64,000 bases of DNA, taken from positions 3,497 to 67,496 of the forward strand of contig WTBT01000012.1 in the NCBI GenBank assembly GCA_013138965.1, written 5' to 3'. The notes below the pieces were generated by a model. The model did not search any database and had not been told where the DNA came from. It saw only the letters and a program-made list of their open reading frames with translations. Origin of the DNA: Candidatus Aegiribacteria sp. (GTDB lineage Bacteria; Fermentibacterota; Fermentibacteria; Fermentibacterales; JCC-6). The position numbers were made by a program, and so were the translations under genes. Positions 48,060-58,190 of the stretch are shown in pieces (position 1 is the first letter of the stretch; every line of letters begins with the position of its first letter).

Positions 48060-49535
48060 ATGGAACTGTCCAGCAGCAGACTAGCCCTTACATATGATGA
48101 TATCCTGCTTCTTCCGGGGAGATCCGAAATACTGCCTTCCGAAGCGAATCTTAAAACAAGGCTTACCGGTGAGATAATCCTCAACATTCCGGTTCTGAGT
48201 GCCGCGATGGATACAGTGACTGAAGCTGATATGGCAATAGCGCTTGCCCAGGAGGGTGGAATGGGAGTGATTCATAAGAACCTCTCACCGACCAGCCAGG
48301 CAAAGCATGTCAGGCGTGTTAAACGAGCTGAAAGCGGTGTAATCGTGGATCCGGTCGCACTTGGAATCGATGACACTATCGCTGATGCCCTTGAGCTTTC
48401 GCAGCAGGAAGGAGTTTCCGGTTTTCCAGTTCTGGAGGCCGGCAGACTCGCAGGTATGTTGACTAACCGGGATTACCAGTTTGAGGTCGATGCGTCAACT
48501 CCTGTAAGGGAACTGATGACTCCCTGGGAAAGGCTGATAGTCGCCCCCCCCGAAACTGACCTTGAAGATGCGCTTGTATTACTGAGGCAACACAGGCTCG
48601 AGAAGCTTCCTCTTGTTGACGATGAACGGCATCTTATCGGCCTGATAACTGTCAAGGACATACACAATGCGATCAACTATCCGAACGCATGCAAAGATTC
48701 TACAGGTCGTCTCAGAGCCGGAGCGGCCGTAGGTGCAGGTGATGAAGCAGTCACCCGATCAGCTCTTCTGGTAGAAGCTGGAGTTGACTGTCTGTTCATC
48801 GACACCGCCCACGGCCACTCGGTGAAGGTGATAGAAACGGTATCGATTCTGAGGAAAGAATTCCCGAAGGTTGCGATCGTGGCCGGTAACGTTGTTACGG
48901 CTGATGCCACAGTTGACCTGATCAAAGCAGGTGCAGACGGGATAAAAATCGGCGTAGGCCCCGGGTCAATCTGCACTACAAGGGTTATCGCAGGGGTCGG
49001 ATGCCCTCAGTTTACAGCTGTTTATGAATGTGCGTTGGCTGCTGCCGCATACGATGTTCCTGTTATTGCTGACGGTGGTATCAAGTACTCAGGGGATATA
49101 GTCAAAGCACTTGCTGCGGGAGCTTCTTCCGTAATGATAGGAAGCCTTCTTGCCGGGATATCAGAAAGTCCCGGGGAAACAACTATTTACAAAGGCAGAA
49201 AGTATAAAATATACCGCGGAATGGGATCCATTGCGGCTATGAAGCGTGGCAGCGCCGACAGATACTTCCAGAATGACAGAACCGAGAAGAAGTACGTGCC
49301 GGAAGGTATCGAGGGAATGGTTCCTTTCAAGGGACCCCTCGTCGATTATCTGAACCAGCTCATCGGAGGTCTCAGGCAGGGTATGGGCTACGTGGGAAGC
49401 AGTACTGTTGAAGAGTTGCCCCGGAAAGCAAGGATCGTAAGAATTACATCAGCCGGTCTCAGGGAAAGCCATGCCCACGATGTAATGATAACTAAGGAAG
49501 CTCCGAACTACTCTACTGATGGACATGCTTTCTAA
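48060..49535 (+). CDS. guaB: Inosine-5'-monophosphate dehydrogenase
   Basis: Tandem CBS pair inserted in a TIM barrel, the catalytic Cys loop ([11 protein letters not shown]) and [17 protein letters not shown]. Confidence 0.95.
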   Translation: MELSSSRLALTYDDILLLPGRSEILPSEANLKTRLTGEIILNIPVLSAAMDTVTEADMAIALAQEGGMGVIHKNLSPTSQAKHVRRVKRAESGVIVDPVALGIDDTIADALELSQQEGVSGFPVLEAGRLAGMLTNRDYQFEVDASTPVRELMTPWERLIVAPPETDLEDALVLLRQHRLEKLPLVDDERHLIGLITVKDIHNAINYPNACKDSTGRLRAGAAVGAGDEAVTRSALLVEAGVDCLFIDTAHGHSVKVIETVSILRKEFPKVAIVAGNVVTADATVDLIKAGADGIKIGVGPGSICTTRVIAGVGCPQFTAVYECALAAAAYDVPVIADGGIKYSGDIVKALAAGASSVMIGSLLAGISESPGETTIYKGRKYKIYRGMGSIAAMKRGSADRYFQNDRTEKKYVPEGIEGMVPFKGPLVDYLNQLIGGLRQGMGYVGSSTVEELPRKARIVRITSAGLRESHAHDVMITKEAPNYSTDGHAF

Positions 49536-51138
49536 CCTGCTTTCAACCGTTGCTGAGGGCGGTAAAGTCCTTCTGGAGGAGGAAAGCTATCTTCTCGCAA
49601 GGGTTTCAATTGATGGAAGAACAATGCTTGCTGAAATCAGCAGCGGGTCTTCCGGCGGATTGTCACCCGGGGACTGGCCGGATATAGACGGTGTCCTGCT
49701 TCCCGATTCAATGATTCATCCCGGAAATGACAGCGGAACCAGGATTCTTCTGTTTTCAATTCCCGACAGCGCTGAATTATACCTTGAAACAATTGTGCGG
49801 GATGGAGGGTTTTCCGAGGCTCATGCGCTGGAAGCGGGAAAGAAAGTACTTGATATCCTGAGAAGGATTCACGATGACGGCTACAGAGTCGGCTACCTGG
49901 GACCCGAGAATGTCCTTAGAACTGACACCGGCAAACACTTTGTTCTCGGCGGCGCAAGAGGCATACCTGATACTCCTTTCTCACCTCCGGAGGCAGTGGG
50001 AAGAACCGCCGATGATCCGCGAAGCGATATTTGCGCTCTGGGTCTGTTCGTTTTCAGGCTTATCGCCGGCAGTGACAACCGTGAGATCCAGGTCGAAGCT
50101 TGGAACAACCTTTCAGACAGGGTTCTTGAACTGCTTGAGAATATGGTTTCCCCGGAGGCGGACAACAGATTCCCCAATCTGATAATTCTTAATAACGAAT
50201 TGAAGAATATAGAACCGGAAGACGAGACAGAAGAATTGGAGACAGTCATAAAGCACTCCTGGAACACAAGAAGGAAAGTAGTTGTTTCTATTCTTGCGGT
50301 ATTCATAATTGTGATGATCACCGTATTACTTCTGATCTTTAAACCCGAACGACGGCAGGAGCTGCAGAGCATTGAACCCGACTCCATTGCCCGTGTTCAG
50401 GAGAGCGATCCGCTCGAGGCTGATCAGGGTTCACCTTCGGAAGAAACCGGTTTCCTTCAAAGCGATACACTTGCCGAACCTGTTATATGGATAAGCAACA
50501 GTACCGGTCAATCGGGCAGAGCCAGTGAATTCCGTCAGGGTCCGGCATCGGAGTATTCCATAGTCTACACATGTACAGGAAGCTCCCGCGGCAATTCAAT
50601 ACTGCTGGCCCGCAGGGATGATCCGTATCTTCCCCTCGAGAACCAGGAAAGGATATGTTCCATCGCAGAACACCTGACTTCTAGCGACTCCACAATACGG
50701 ATTGCCCCGATTGACATAACACTGCTTCTCGGCAGCGACATTACCGATGACAGAATTTTGCCGGGTATTGTCATGCCCGTTTCAGACCCCGCGGGTACAT
50801 TGTACATTGATATAGCGAATCATGGTCTTGAAGGCACATACGGTGGGGTGGGGGCTGCGACATGGGTAAGATCGGTTCTGAATGACAGGAGCATTGTACT
50901 GAATGGAGAGGAATGGCTGATAACGGTTGTGGATTTTCGTAACGGAGACAGGCTGAACACGGAACTGGGGGTACCTGCCGCTCTTGATTCCACACTCTTT
51001 CTTTACCGCATTCATCTGCCTCTGCTTGTTGCGGCGGAGGAAGAGTTCAGGAAATTATTCCTTGGGAACACAACAGACGAACATTCCCGCGCAGCCTCAC
51101 CGGACCCGCCGGATATCTGGATCCTTCTTGGCAAGTAA
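49519..51138 (+). CDS. Hypothetical bitopic membrane protein with a degenerate protein-kinase-like N-terminal domain
   Basis: 539 aa. A kinase-like segment (RRIHDDGYRVGYLGPENVL) lacking HRD/DFG catalytic residues, a central TM (VVVSILAVFIIVMITVLLLIF), then an extracytoplasmic domain of about 260 aa. Confidence 0.4.
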   Translation: MDMLSNLLSTVAEGGKVLLEEESYLLARVSIDGRTMLAEISSGSSGGLSPGDWPDIDGVLLPDSMIHPGNDSGTRILLFSIPDSAELYLETIVRDGGFSEAHALEAGKKVLDILRRIHDDGYRVGYLGPENVLRTDTGKHFVLGGARGIPDTPFSPPEAVGRTADDPRSDICALGLFVFRLIAGSDNREIQVEAWNNLSDRVLELLENMVSPEADNRFPNLIILNNELKNIEPEDETEELETVIKHSWNTRRKVVVSILAVFIIVMITVLLLIFKPERRQELQSIEPDSIARVQESDPLEADQGSPSEETGFLQSDTLAEPVIWISNSTGQSGRASEFRQGPASEYSIVYTCTGSSRGNSILLARRDDPYLPLENQERICSIAEHLTSSDSTIRIAPIDITLLLGSDITDDRILPGIVMPVSDPAGTLYIDIANHGLEGTYGGVGAATWVRSVLNDRSIVLNGEEWLITVVDFRNGDRLNTELGVPAALDSTLFLYRIHLPLLVAAEEEFRKLFLGNTTDEHSRAASPDPPDIWILLGK

Positions 51139-51154
51139 AAATGCGCGGTTATTA

Positions 51155-51184
51155 TTGACTTTCTTTGAAAAATTCGGATATTAT
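51155..51184 (+). promoter_or_regulatory. Candidate sigma70 promoter TTGACT-18 nt-TATTAT upstream of the CarD-like gene
   Basis: Motifs read directly from the sequence, about 30 nt before the ATG at 51214. Confidence 0.3.
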
Positions 51185-51213
51185 GCTGAAAAATGTTATT
51201 TCCGGGAGGACTG

Positions 51214-51849
51214 ATGAAGTATAACATCAATGGTAAAGTTGTTGATCCAATTCATGGCGCTGGAGTGATTACTGAGATATCCGATCAGATGGTTTCCGGT
51301 GAAATTTGTGAATGCGTTGTGATCGAGATAGTAGTAGGAAAGAAAAGAGTGATGTTGCCTACTGAAAGTCTTGATCACGCTGAATTGAGGCCGGTTGTCT
51401 CAGGGGAGGAGCTTGATGACGCGATTCAGGAACTTTTCAGGGAACCGGAGGAACTGCCTAAGGACTGGCGGAGAAGAATAGAGAAATTGAAGGACAGGGT
51501 TCATTCCGGAGAGCCCAAGGAAGTGGCTAAAGCCATCAGAGATATAATCGCCCGGTCCGTTCTGAATAAAATGAATCCATCCGAGAAACGTGTACTCAAC
51601 GAAGCAATCAATGTATTCTCCGGTGAGGTGGCTCTGGTCAGAAATATACGCAGTGATTCCGCCAGGGATCTTATCAGGCGATCTGCCCGGGAGGGTGTTC
51701 AGCAGAACGTTGAGGCGAAAAAGAATGAACAGGCAAGCAGAGAAGCTGCCGGTGAAACCGGAAGCACTGAGAGTAAGGAGGATGGATTGGTATCAAAGAA
51801 AAGCTCGGGAACAGGGAAATCCGGGAAGAAATCAAGCGGGAAGAAATAA
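51214..51849 (+). CDS. CarD/CdnL-family transcriptional regulator (RNA-polymerase-interacting domain) with a Lys/Ser-rich tail
   Basis: MKYNINGKVVDPIHGAGVITEI...KRVMLPTESLDHAELRPVVS matches the CarD_CdnL_TRCF N-domain pattern. Confidence 0.7.
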   Translation: MKYNINGKVVDPIHGAGVITEISDQMVSGEICECVVIEIVVGKKRVMLPTESLDHAELRPVVSGEELDDAIQELFREPEELPKDWRRRIEKLKDRVHSGEPKEVAKAIRDIIARSVLNKMNPSEKRVLNEAINVFSGEVALVRNIRSDSARDLIRRSAREGVQQNVEAKKNEQASREAAGETGSTESKEDGLVSKKSSGTGKSGKKSSGKK

Positions 51850-51869
51850 CACCCGGTAAATGATATACT

Positions 51870-53177
51870 TTGATTATGTATTCCACTAGAGAACAGAATG
51901 AGCTGGAGCGGGTTCTCCTGGTAAGAGCCCGCATAGGTAACGAATCGGAAGATGCCGGTTCCTCGCGGGAGATGATAGCTTTGATTCTATCCGCTGGCGG
52001 TTCTGTTGTTGCACAGGAATCCCAGAAGAGGAAAACACCGGACCCCGGACTGTTCATAGGCAGAGGCAAGGCTGATGAACTAAGAGAAATCGCCCTCATG
52101 GAGAACACCAGCACGATAGTCTTCGATCATAACCTGTCTTCAGGTCAGGTATCGAGACTTGAGGAAGTAACGAACTGCAAGGTAATTGACCGTACGGAAC
52201 TCATACTCGCCATATTCGCCGAACAGGCGCGAACCAGAGAAGCCAAACTTCAGATAGAACTCGCTCAACTTCGATATGCTCTGCCAAGGCTTTCGGGGAT
52301 GTGGCACCATTTTTCAAGACTGGGCGCGGGTATTGGAACCCGGGGTCCGGGGGAAACACAGCTTGAGATCGACCGTAGACGGGCAAGATCCAGAATATCA
52401 TTTCTTGAGAAGAAGATTGAAGAGGTTGAATCCCGCTGGAAGGTCGTTTCCGCGGGACGCACAGGAATGTTCAACATTACTATCGTAGGATATACAAATG
52501 CCGGTAAAAGCACACTTCTGAATACTCTGTGCAATACCGAGCTTTATACAGCGGATAAGCCCTTCGCAACCCTTGATACCACTTCCCGCCGCTTGATACT
52601 CCCGGACAATTCCGAAGTGCTGATATCGGATACTGTGGGTTTTATTGAAAGACTCCCCGAGACCCTTGTCGCGAGTTTTCATACAACACTTGATGTAGTC
52701 AGGAAGGCAGACCTGCTGCTGGTGGCCGTTGACAGGTCAAGCCCCTCCAGAGGCAGGCATATCAATGCGGTTAGAAATACACTCCAGCGAATAGGCGTTG
52801 AGGAATCCGTACCGAGACTGACTGTCTGGACGAAGTGTGATGCAGTTGATGATTTCAGGTGTCCAAGGAGCGGTGTTGCTGTATCTGCCTTAACGGAGTT
52901 CGGGCTGGACGTTCTTCTGAATCGAATCACAGGATACAGAGACAGATCACTTGATTGGTTTGAACTTGTACTGGAACGCTATGACAGCGCAGTTCTCCAC
53001 TGGCTTTACAGCGATTGCGTTGTAAGAGATGTTACAAATGGCGAAGATGGTTCCGTCAGGGTTCTTGCCGGAGCTTCAAAAGGTTATGATTCAGTTGAGG
53101 GAAAAATGGATGGAGCAGATCTTGTAAGAAGTATTGTAAGATTGGCTGAACCACCTCAAACAGTATATGCGGGATAG
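51870..53177 (+). CDS. hflX: GTPase HflX
   Basis: HflX N-domain, G1 (VGYTNAGKSTLLN) and G3 (DTVGFI). 435 aa. Confidence 0.85.
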   Translation: MIMYSTREQNELERVLLVRARIGNESEDAGSSREMIALILSAGGSVVAQESQKRKTPDPGLFIGRGKADELREIALMENTSTIVFDHNLSSGQVSRLEEVTNCKVIDRTELILAIFAEQARTREAKLQIELAQLRYALPRLSGMWHHFSRLGAGIGTRGPGETQLEIDRRRARSRISFLEKKIEEVESRWKVVSAGRTGMFNITIVGYTNAGKSTLLNTLCNTELYTADKPFATLDTTSRRLILPDNSEVLISDTVGFIERLPETLVASFHTTLDVVRKADLLLVAVDRSSPSRGRHINAVRNTLQRIGVEESVPRLTVWTKCDAVDDFRCPRSGVAVSALTEFGLDVLLNRITGYRDRSLDWFELVLERYDSAVLHWLYSDCVVRDVTNGEDGSVRVLAGASKGYDSVEGKMDGADLVRSIVRLAEPPQTVYAG

Positions 53178-53186
53178 TAATAGAAT

Positions 53187-53624
53187 ATGTATGAAGAGAT
53201 TGACTCAGAAAAACTCAGAGTGAACCTGAATGCCAGGCTTAAGAGCCTTCATGATCTTTATTCGGGAGACCTTATATCGAAGAGTACACTTTCCAGCCAG
53301 CTTCTTGAACTTATAGCTTCGCGGGAAGCAAAAACCTTCTGGGATCTTACCATGAAGAAGGATATAACCGCAAGACGCATGCTGACCATGCTTGAAGATC
53401 CTGACAAATGGAAGAAGGATTCCTCATCACCGGAAGAAGAAAGACAGATGGTACTCAAGAAGAGGCTGGCTGATGTATTCTTTTCAGATGAAGATTCTTA
53501 CGATTTTATTCTGGAAATGCTTCTTGACACAGCCAACCTTCCGCATTTCGAATCCATAGTGTATTCCCGGAACGGGAAGTCATCCTTGAAAAAATCAGGA
53601 GCCAAACTCAGCGTACTGGACTGA
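53187..53624 (+). CDS. Hypothetical protein
   Basis: 145-aa ORF, helical, with no recognised motif. Confidence 0.35.
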   Translation: MYEEIDSEKLRVNLNARLKSLHDLYSGDLISKSTLSSQLLELIASREAKTFWDLTMKKDITARRMLTMLEDPDKWKKDSSSPEEERQMVLKKRLADVFFSDEDSYDFILEMLLDTANLPHFESIVYSRNGKSSLKKSGAKLSVLD

Positions 53625-53666
53625 AGACTGAGCATAAACCGGATTTGATTCGCAGCCGACCTGTAT

Positions 53667-54626
53667 GTGATGTCCAGTAAGGAGATACAGTTGAAAAAAC
53701 CCCTATTTCATATAATTGGATTACTACTCACCGCAGCGGCGCTGTATTACCTTGTCGACTCATTTCTGAGTGGAGCTGCCCAGGCTGGAGGGTTATCAAA
53801 TCTACTGCTTTTTGACCCTCTGCTGTTTGCCGTTTCGTTTCTGCTCATGGTGCTGCACCTTCTTGCAGCCGCCTGGTCGTGGATGCTGGTCTGCTCTGTT
53901 GCAGGCGCGGAGATCTCATTCGGTCAGGCGTTCAACGTTCATTTTCTGGCTCAGGTTGGTAAGTACATCCCCGGCAAGGTATGGGGAGCTGTGGGGAAGA
54001 TAGGCCTTTCCAGGAAAATAGGTATGTCCTCAACGAAGACCGGGCATGCTCTGATACTTGAAAGCCTTTTCATAGTGGCCGGATGTCTTCTGATGTCGCT
54101 GCCGGTAATCCCCCTGGCTGCGAATCGGATTGGCCTTGGAACCATACTGAGCGTGATAATCGTAGTAGCATCGGTAGCTGTTGTGCTTTTCACGGCACAT
54201 CCCAGAGCTTTCAGAAAGCTGCTTAAGATCGTTGGATCCATCACCGGCAGGGACATTGATATCGAAGATCCGGGTTTTGGCAATATACTCAAACTTCTAC
54301 CTGTTTACATTCTTGTTTTCATTCTGCAGGGAGTGGCCTTCGTCTTTCTGGCAAGAAGCTTTGGAATGCATCTGCCCTTCTATCCCGGAGCCTTTCTTCT
54401 TCCTACGGCTGTAGGGATCGGATTTCTGGCAATCTTCTCTCCGGGCGGTCTGGGCATCCGTGAGATCTCCCTTGTATGGCTCATAGGGGTGATTATGATT
54501 TCCTCCGAACCGGGACAGGCATCCCTGATCTCGATTGCTGCCAGATTATGGATAACACTGGGTGAAGCCCTTGCGTTTCTGGTTGCCGCAATATGGTGGG
54601 GAGCAGGCAGGAAGGAAAACGGTTGA
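53667..54626 (+). CDS. UPF0104-family (lysylphosphatidylglycerol-synthase-TM-like, flippase-like) membrane protein
   Basis: About 8 TM helices and the family motif AQVGKYIPGKVWG. Confidence 0.6.
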   Translation: MMSSKEIQLKKPLFHIIGLLLTAAALYYLVDSFLSGAAQAGGLSNLLLFDPLLFAVSFLLMVLHLLAAAWSWMLVCSVAGAEISFGQAFNVHFLAQVGKYIPGKVWGAVGKIGLSRKIGMSSTKTGHALILESLFIVAGCLLMSLPVIPLAANRIGLGTILSVIIVVASVAVVLFTAHPRAFRKLLKIVGSITGRDIDIEDPGFGNILKLLPVYILVFILQGVAFVFLARSFGMHLPFYPGAFLLPTAVGIGFLAIFSPGGLGIREISLVWLIGVIMISSEPGQASLISIAARLWITLGEALAFLVAAIWWGAGRKENG

Positions 54627-54760
54627 TATCCAGCATCCTTCAGCCATCAGGCGCATCCTTAAGCACCTGGGTCTGTGGGAAGACCCGAGACCTCCACCTG
54701 AATTCGCTGGAACTGGTCTGCGAAGCGGATGCGAATTCCCGGATCTCTTTTCTGTATTCC
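54625..54760 (+). pseudogene. Possible mobile-element remnant: a short frame encoding ...DIQHPSAIRRILKHLGLWEDPRPPPEFAG..., reminiscent of the C-terminal tail of IS91-family (Y2) transposases
   Basis: The frame has no credible start and overlaps the end of the UPF0104 gene. The motif resemblance is from memory only. It borders a low-GC islet. Confidence 0.25.
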
Positions 54761-54786
54761 TGACCGTGAGTCATCGGAGGCAGGAT

Positions 54787-55407
54787 TCATATCGAATATT
54801 CAGTCAAGGTTTCTGGCGCGTTATCAATACCAGCATCTTTAAAAGCCTTCTCCAGTAAATCTTTCACTTCAAGATCTGATGCCCAGTGTTTCAGATATTC
54901 TTTATCCAGAGAATCCTTCTGTACTTTGAGCACACCAAGAACGTCACTCCACTGGCGATCGGATACGCCTCCACCTAAAAGAAACCATGCAAGTTTGCTC
55001 AGAATAACATCTTCGGGAGATGCAAGAAAGAATTCGATGGCTCTGTGGTCTTCATCCAGGGTGTCTTTTCTTCGCCTTTTGAGTGCTTCTATATTGTAAG
55101 GTGCGTTTTTCGTGATGAAGACATCAATTTTAAGCATTGTATCGAGATGGATAATGTTGAAGGATGAACATCTTCTGATAGCATCCAGAATCATATCTGC
55201 ATCAATGTAATAAGAGGATTCAAGCATTCTGACAAGAGATTGGACATGTTTAGTTTTTAAGTCCGACACCATATCAACATCCATTGTCGAACGGGCTATT
55301 CCGTAAGCAGAACTGGCAACTGAGCCTCCGATGAAATAATGAATGCCAAGTTTTTCAAAAGCTTCAGCAACAGGTTCTATCGCTACCAGTATATCGGGGT
55401 CTTTCAT
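54787..55407 (-). CDS. Nucleotidyltransferase-fold protein (Pol-beta-like GS...DxD motif) with a C-terminal helical domain
   Basis: 206 aa. IGGSVASSAYGIARSTMDVDMVSD (GS-x10-DxD). Local GC is visibly lower than in the flanks. Confidence 0.5.
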   Translation of the reverse strand: MKDPDILVAIEPVAEAFEKLGIHYFIGGSVASSAYGIARSTMDVDMVSDLKTKHVQSLVRMLESSYYIDADMILDAIRRCSSFNIIHLDTMLKIDVFITKNAPYNIEALKRRRKDTLDEDHRAIEFFLASPEDVILSKLAWFLLGGGVSDRQWSDVLGVLKVQKDSLDKEYLKHWASDLEVKDLLEKAFKDAGIDNAPETLTEYSI

Positions 55408-55661
55408 AATGATCTGGTTTCTATGTATTCTCGAAGAAGACCTGCTAATCTTTCTCCGTAATGATAGGATACAAATATGAGATTTAGTTCCTTTTTATCT
55501 AATTCAGGATTTGCTCTCATGATTGCGCGTCGTGAAAGCTTTATGGTGCTTTGAGATAGTGAACGCACTCTTGAGATTCGTTTTGAGATACTCGAAACGC
55601 GAATTAACGATATTAGCAATTCTTCTATTTCGGGATGAGTGTCACGGGACTGTGGTATCAT
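55404..55661 (-). CDS. Small protein (85 aa) translationally coupled upstream of the nucleotidyltransferase gene; candidate antitoxin/regulatory partner
   Basis: Its stop overlaps the nucleotidyltransferase start (ATGA). No recognised motif, and it is not HEPN. Confidence 0.35.
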   Translation of the reverse strand: MIPQSRDTHPEIEELLISLIRVSSISKRISRVRSLSQSTIKLSRRAIMRANPELDKKELNLIFVSYHYGERLAGLLREYIETRSL

Positions 55662-55997
55662 TTTTCTGCTTTCCGTTATAACGATAGGAAACTGGATTCT
55701 CTTCCTTCTGCAATATTGCCCTGAAGAACGCCCCTGCGTCTCCTATACGATCGAATATTTTGCCTGAACTGACAATACCGCCGGTAATCCTGCGCCGTCA
55801 ATGCCATGTACGGCTGACGGGCACTCGGCAGTTGATACGGATGAGCAGGCGAACTATCATGCATCGAGGCCTTGAGATATCCGTTTCTGTTGGATGGTTG
55901 TGATTTATCAGCCAGCGAGAGGAGGACGAGGGCTATGAAGATGAGTTTTAGCCCTTCCGGCTCGCCTATACTCCAAACAGATCTTTACCAAAGACTG

Positions 55998-56732
55998 TTA
56001 CGGGATGTATTTCCCGGATTCGCCCAGTTCCTCAAGCACAAGCAGTGCGGAGTCCGCATAATACCCTTCCGGTGACAGCATCAGGTATCTGCTGATAGCG
56101 TCACCAGCCCTGAGGTAATCTTCCCACCCCAGATAAACCCTTGCAAGTTCCCAGCAGGCGGGAGAATAACCTGCCTCAACAGCGGGAAGAAGTATCTCCC
56201 TTGCCTCGGCTCCTCTTGATGTCCTGCGGTAGACCGACGCAAGCAGAACAAGTGATTCGGGGCATGTGGAACCCTGGCGCTGAACACCCTTTGAGAACCA
56301 CATTTCCGCCGAGTCCATCTCCCCAAGCTTCAGCCATGCTTTTCCGCTCTGCAGCCAGATTGCAGGGGTGGTCGGTGAGCGGATAAAGGCACTGTCTGAC
56401 ATGAGCGCAGCGCTATCAGGTTTATCTGTTTCAAGATAGAGTTTTGATAGTTCGTAGAACCCTCGATAATCGTCCGGACAGGTATCCATGTACTGTCTGA
56501 AGTAATCAGTGGCGCGGTTCCATGACTGCCACATCGCATGGATCATTCCCAGGCCAAGCACAGCAGTATGGTATTCTTCGCTGAGTTCAAGCGTCTGCTG
56601 AAATTCCTCTTCGGCCTGCTCAAGAAGCCCCTGCTGCATATATGCCATACCCGTATCAAGATGGAGCTGTGCGGAAAGATCATCTATATCAATTGAAAGA
56701 AGGGTTAAACACAGAATTATGAAGATCTGCAT
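55998..56732 (-). CDS. Secreted TPR-repeat protein
   Basis: Signal peptide (MQIFIILCLTLLSI), then 5-6 TPR-like repeats. 244 aa. Confidence 0.5.
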   Translation of the reverse strand: MQIFIILCLTLLSIDIDDLSAQLHLDTGMAYMQQGLLEQAEEEFQQTLELSEEYHTAVLGLGMIHAMWQSWNRATDYFRQYMDTCPDDYRGFYELSKLYLETDKPDSAALMSDSAFIRSPTTPAIWLQSGKAWLKLGEMDSAEMWFSKGVQRQGSTCPESLVLLASVYRRTSRGAEAREILLPAVEAGYSPACWELARVYLGWEDYLRAGDAISRYLMLSPEGYYADSALLVLEELGESGKYIP

Positions 56733-56831
56733 AAGAAGCCTGGCCTTTCATGGTAATTCACCTTATCATATTTCATTAAGATATGCCCGTCATATATTGT
56801 TTCATTTCCCTAGAACTGACAAGGACACGTA

Positions 56832-58190
56832 ATGGACAGATACGATCTTGTGATAATAGGCGGAGGACCGGCAGGATACATTCCTGCCATAAGGGCTGCT
56901 CAGCTCGGTAAGAGGGTTGCGGTAGTGGAAGAGGAGTCTCTGGGCGGAACCTGCCTTAACCATGGATGCATCCCGACAAAAACCCTGGTTGCCAGCACAA
57001 CACTCTTAAGGAATTCGCGGAATGCGAGGAAATACGGTCTTGAAGGGAGTCTGTCCTTCTCATGGGATAGACTTTCCAGAAGGAAAGATATGGTGGTAAA
57101 GCGCCTGAGGAGTGGTGTGGAAGCACACTTCAAACATCTTGGTATCGATATTTTTCGCACTCACGCGGTGTTGAAGTGTCCTGGTGAGGTTATCGCCGGC
57201 GATGTCCTGCTTGAAACTGATTACGTACTGCTGTCTCCCGGCTCACTTCCCCTGATGCCGGGGCCGTTTTCAGCAGATGGGGTACAGACAAGCCGCGATG
57301 TCCTTTCATGGGACACTCTTCCCGAGAGTCTGCTCATTGTTGGCGGAGGAGTGATAGGCTGTGAATTCGCATCCATCTTCGCCAGCCTGGGCGTCGGAAT
57401 TACTATCGTTGAGATGCTGCCTTCAATACTGCCCGGCATAGATGATGATATCCGACAGGTTGTTCATAACTCCCTGAAGCGGTCAGGCATTAAGATTATT
57501 AACGGAAACGCGGCGGAGAGTGTAAATGTATCTGATAAGGGCGCCGATGTTACGTTGAACAATGGAATACAGCTGTCTGCGGAAAGGATCCTGGTTTCTA
57601 TAGGTCGAAAGGCAAGAACTGATGGCCTGGGCCTTTCAGCGGCAGGAGTTGAATTTTCATCTGTTGGAATTCAGACGGATGAGAACCAGATGACTAATCT
57701 TGACGGAGTCTACGCGGCGGGAGATGTCACCGGAAAATGGCAGCTCGCTCACGCGGGGAGCGCTCAGGCTCTCGCGGCTGTGGACCACATGTTCGGACGC
57801 GGTAACAGGAAAGTCAATCCTGATGCGATTCCAGGCTGCATTTTTACTTCCCCTGAAATAGCCACGGTTGGCCCCGGTCAGGAGGAGTGGGAAAAGAGAG
57901 GTATTTCCGTCATAACGGGTATCTCCAGGTACATCGCGAACGGCAAGGCAGTGGGAATGAATGAAACGGAAGGCTTTGTGAAAATAATCGCACGGGAGAA
58001 CGATGGAATCGTAGTAGGAGTCCAGATGGTCGGTGCTGACGCAAGCAGTCTTATTGGCGAAGCTGTCATGGCGGTAAATCTGGGTGTACAAGCATCTGAA
58101 ATCGGGGAGATGATCCATCCGCACCCCACCCTGTCAGAGCTGTATATGGAAGCCGGGGAATCCTTTGGTGCTGGAGCCATTCATGGCTGA
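56832..58190 (+). CDS. lpdA: Dihydrolipoyl dehydrogenase
   Basis: FAD-binding GGGPAGY, the redox disulfide (GGTCLNHGCIPTK), an NAD site (IVGGGVIGCE) and a C-terminal HPHPTLSE. Confidence 0.9.
   Translation: MDRYDLVIIGGGPAGYIPAIRAAQLGKRVAVVEEESLGGTCLNHGCIPTKTLVASTTLLRNSRNARKYGLEGSLSFSWDRLSRRKDMVVKRLRSGVEAHFKHLGIDIFRTHAVLKCPGEVIAGDVLLETDYVLLSPGSLPLMPGPFSADGVQTSRDVLSWDTLPESLLIVGGGVIGCEFASIFASLGVGITIVEMLPSILPGIDDDIRQVVHNSLKRSGIKIINGNAAESVNVSDKGADVTLNNGIQLSAERILVSIGRKARTDGLGLSAAGVEFSSVGIQTDENQMTNLDGVYAAGDVTGKWQLAHAGSAQALAAVDHMFGRGNRKVNPDAIPGCIFTSPEIATVGPGQEEWEKRGISVITGISRYIANGKAVGMNETEGFVKIIARENDGIVVGVQMVGADASSLIGEAVMAVNLGVQASEIGEMIHPHPTLSELYMEAGESFGAGAIHG

Noticed and set aside
55676-56075. Two short ORFs (55676-55864 minus, 55872-56075 plus) between the NTase islet and the TPR gene
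   Set aside because: Basic, low-complexity translations without RBS or motifs. They are possibly decayed remnants of the inserted element, but there is not enough evidence to call genes or pseudogenes.
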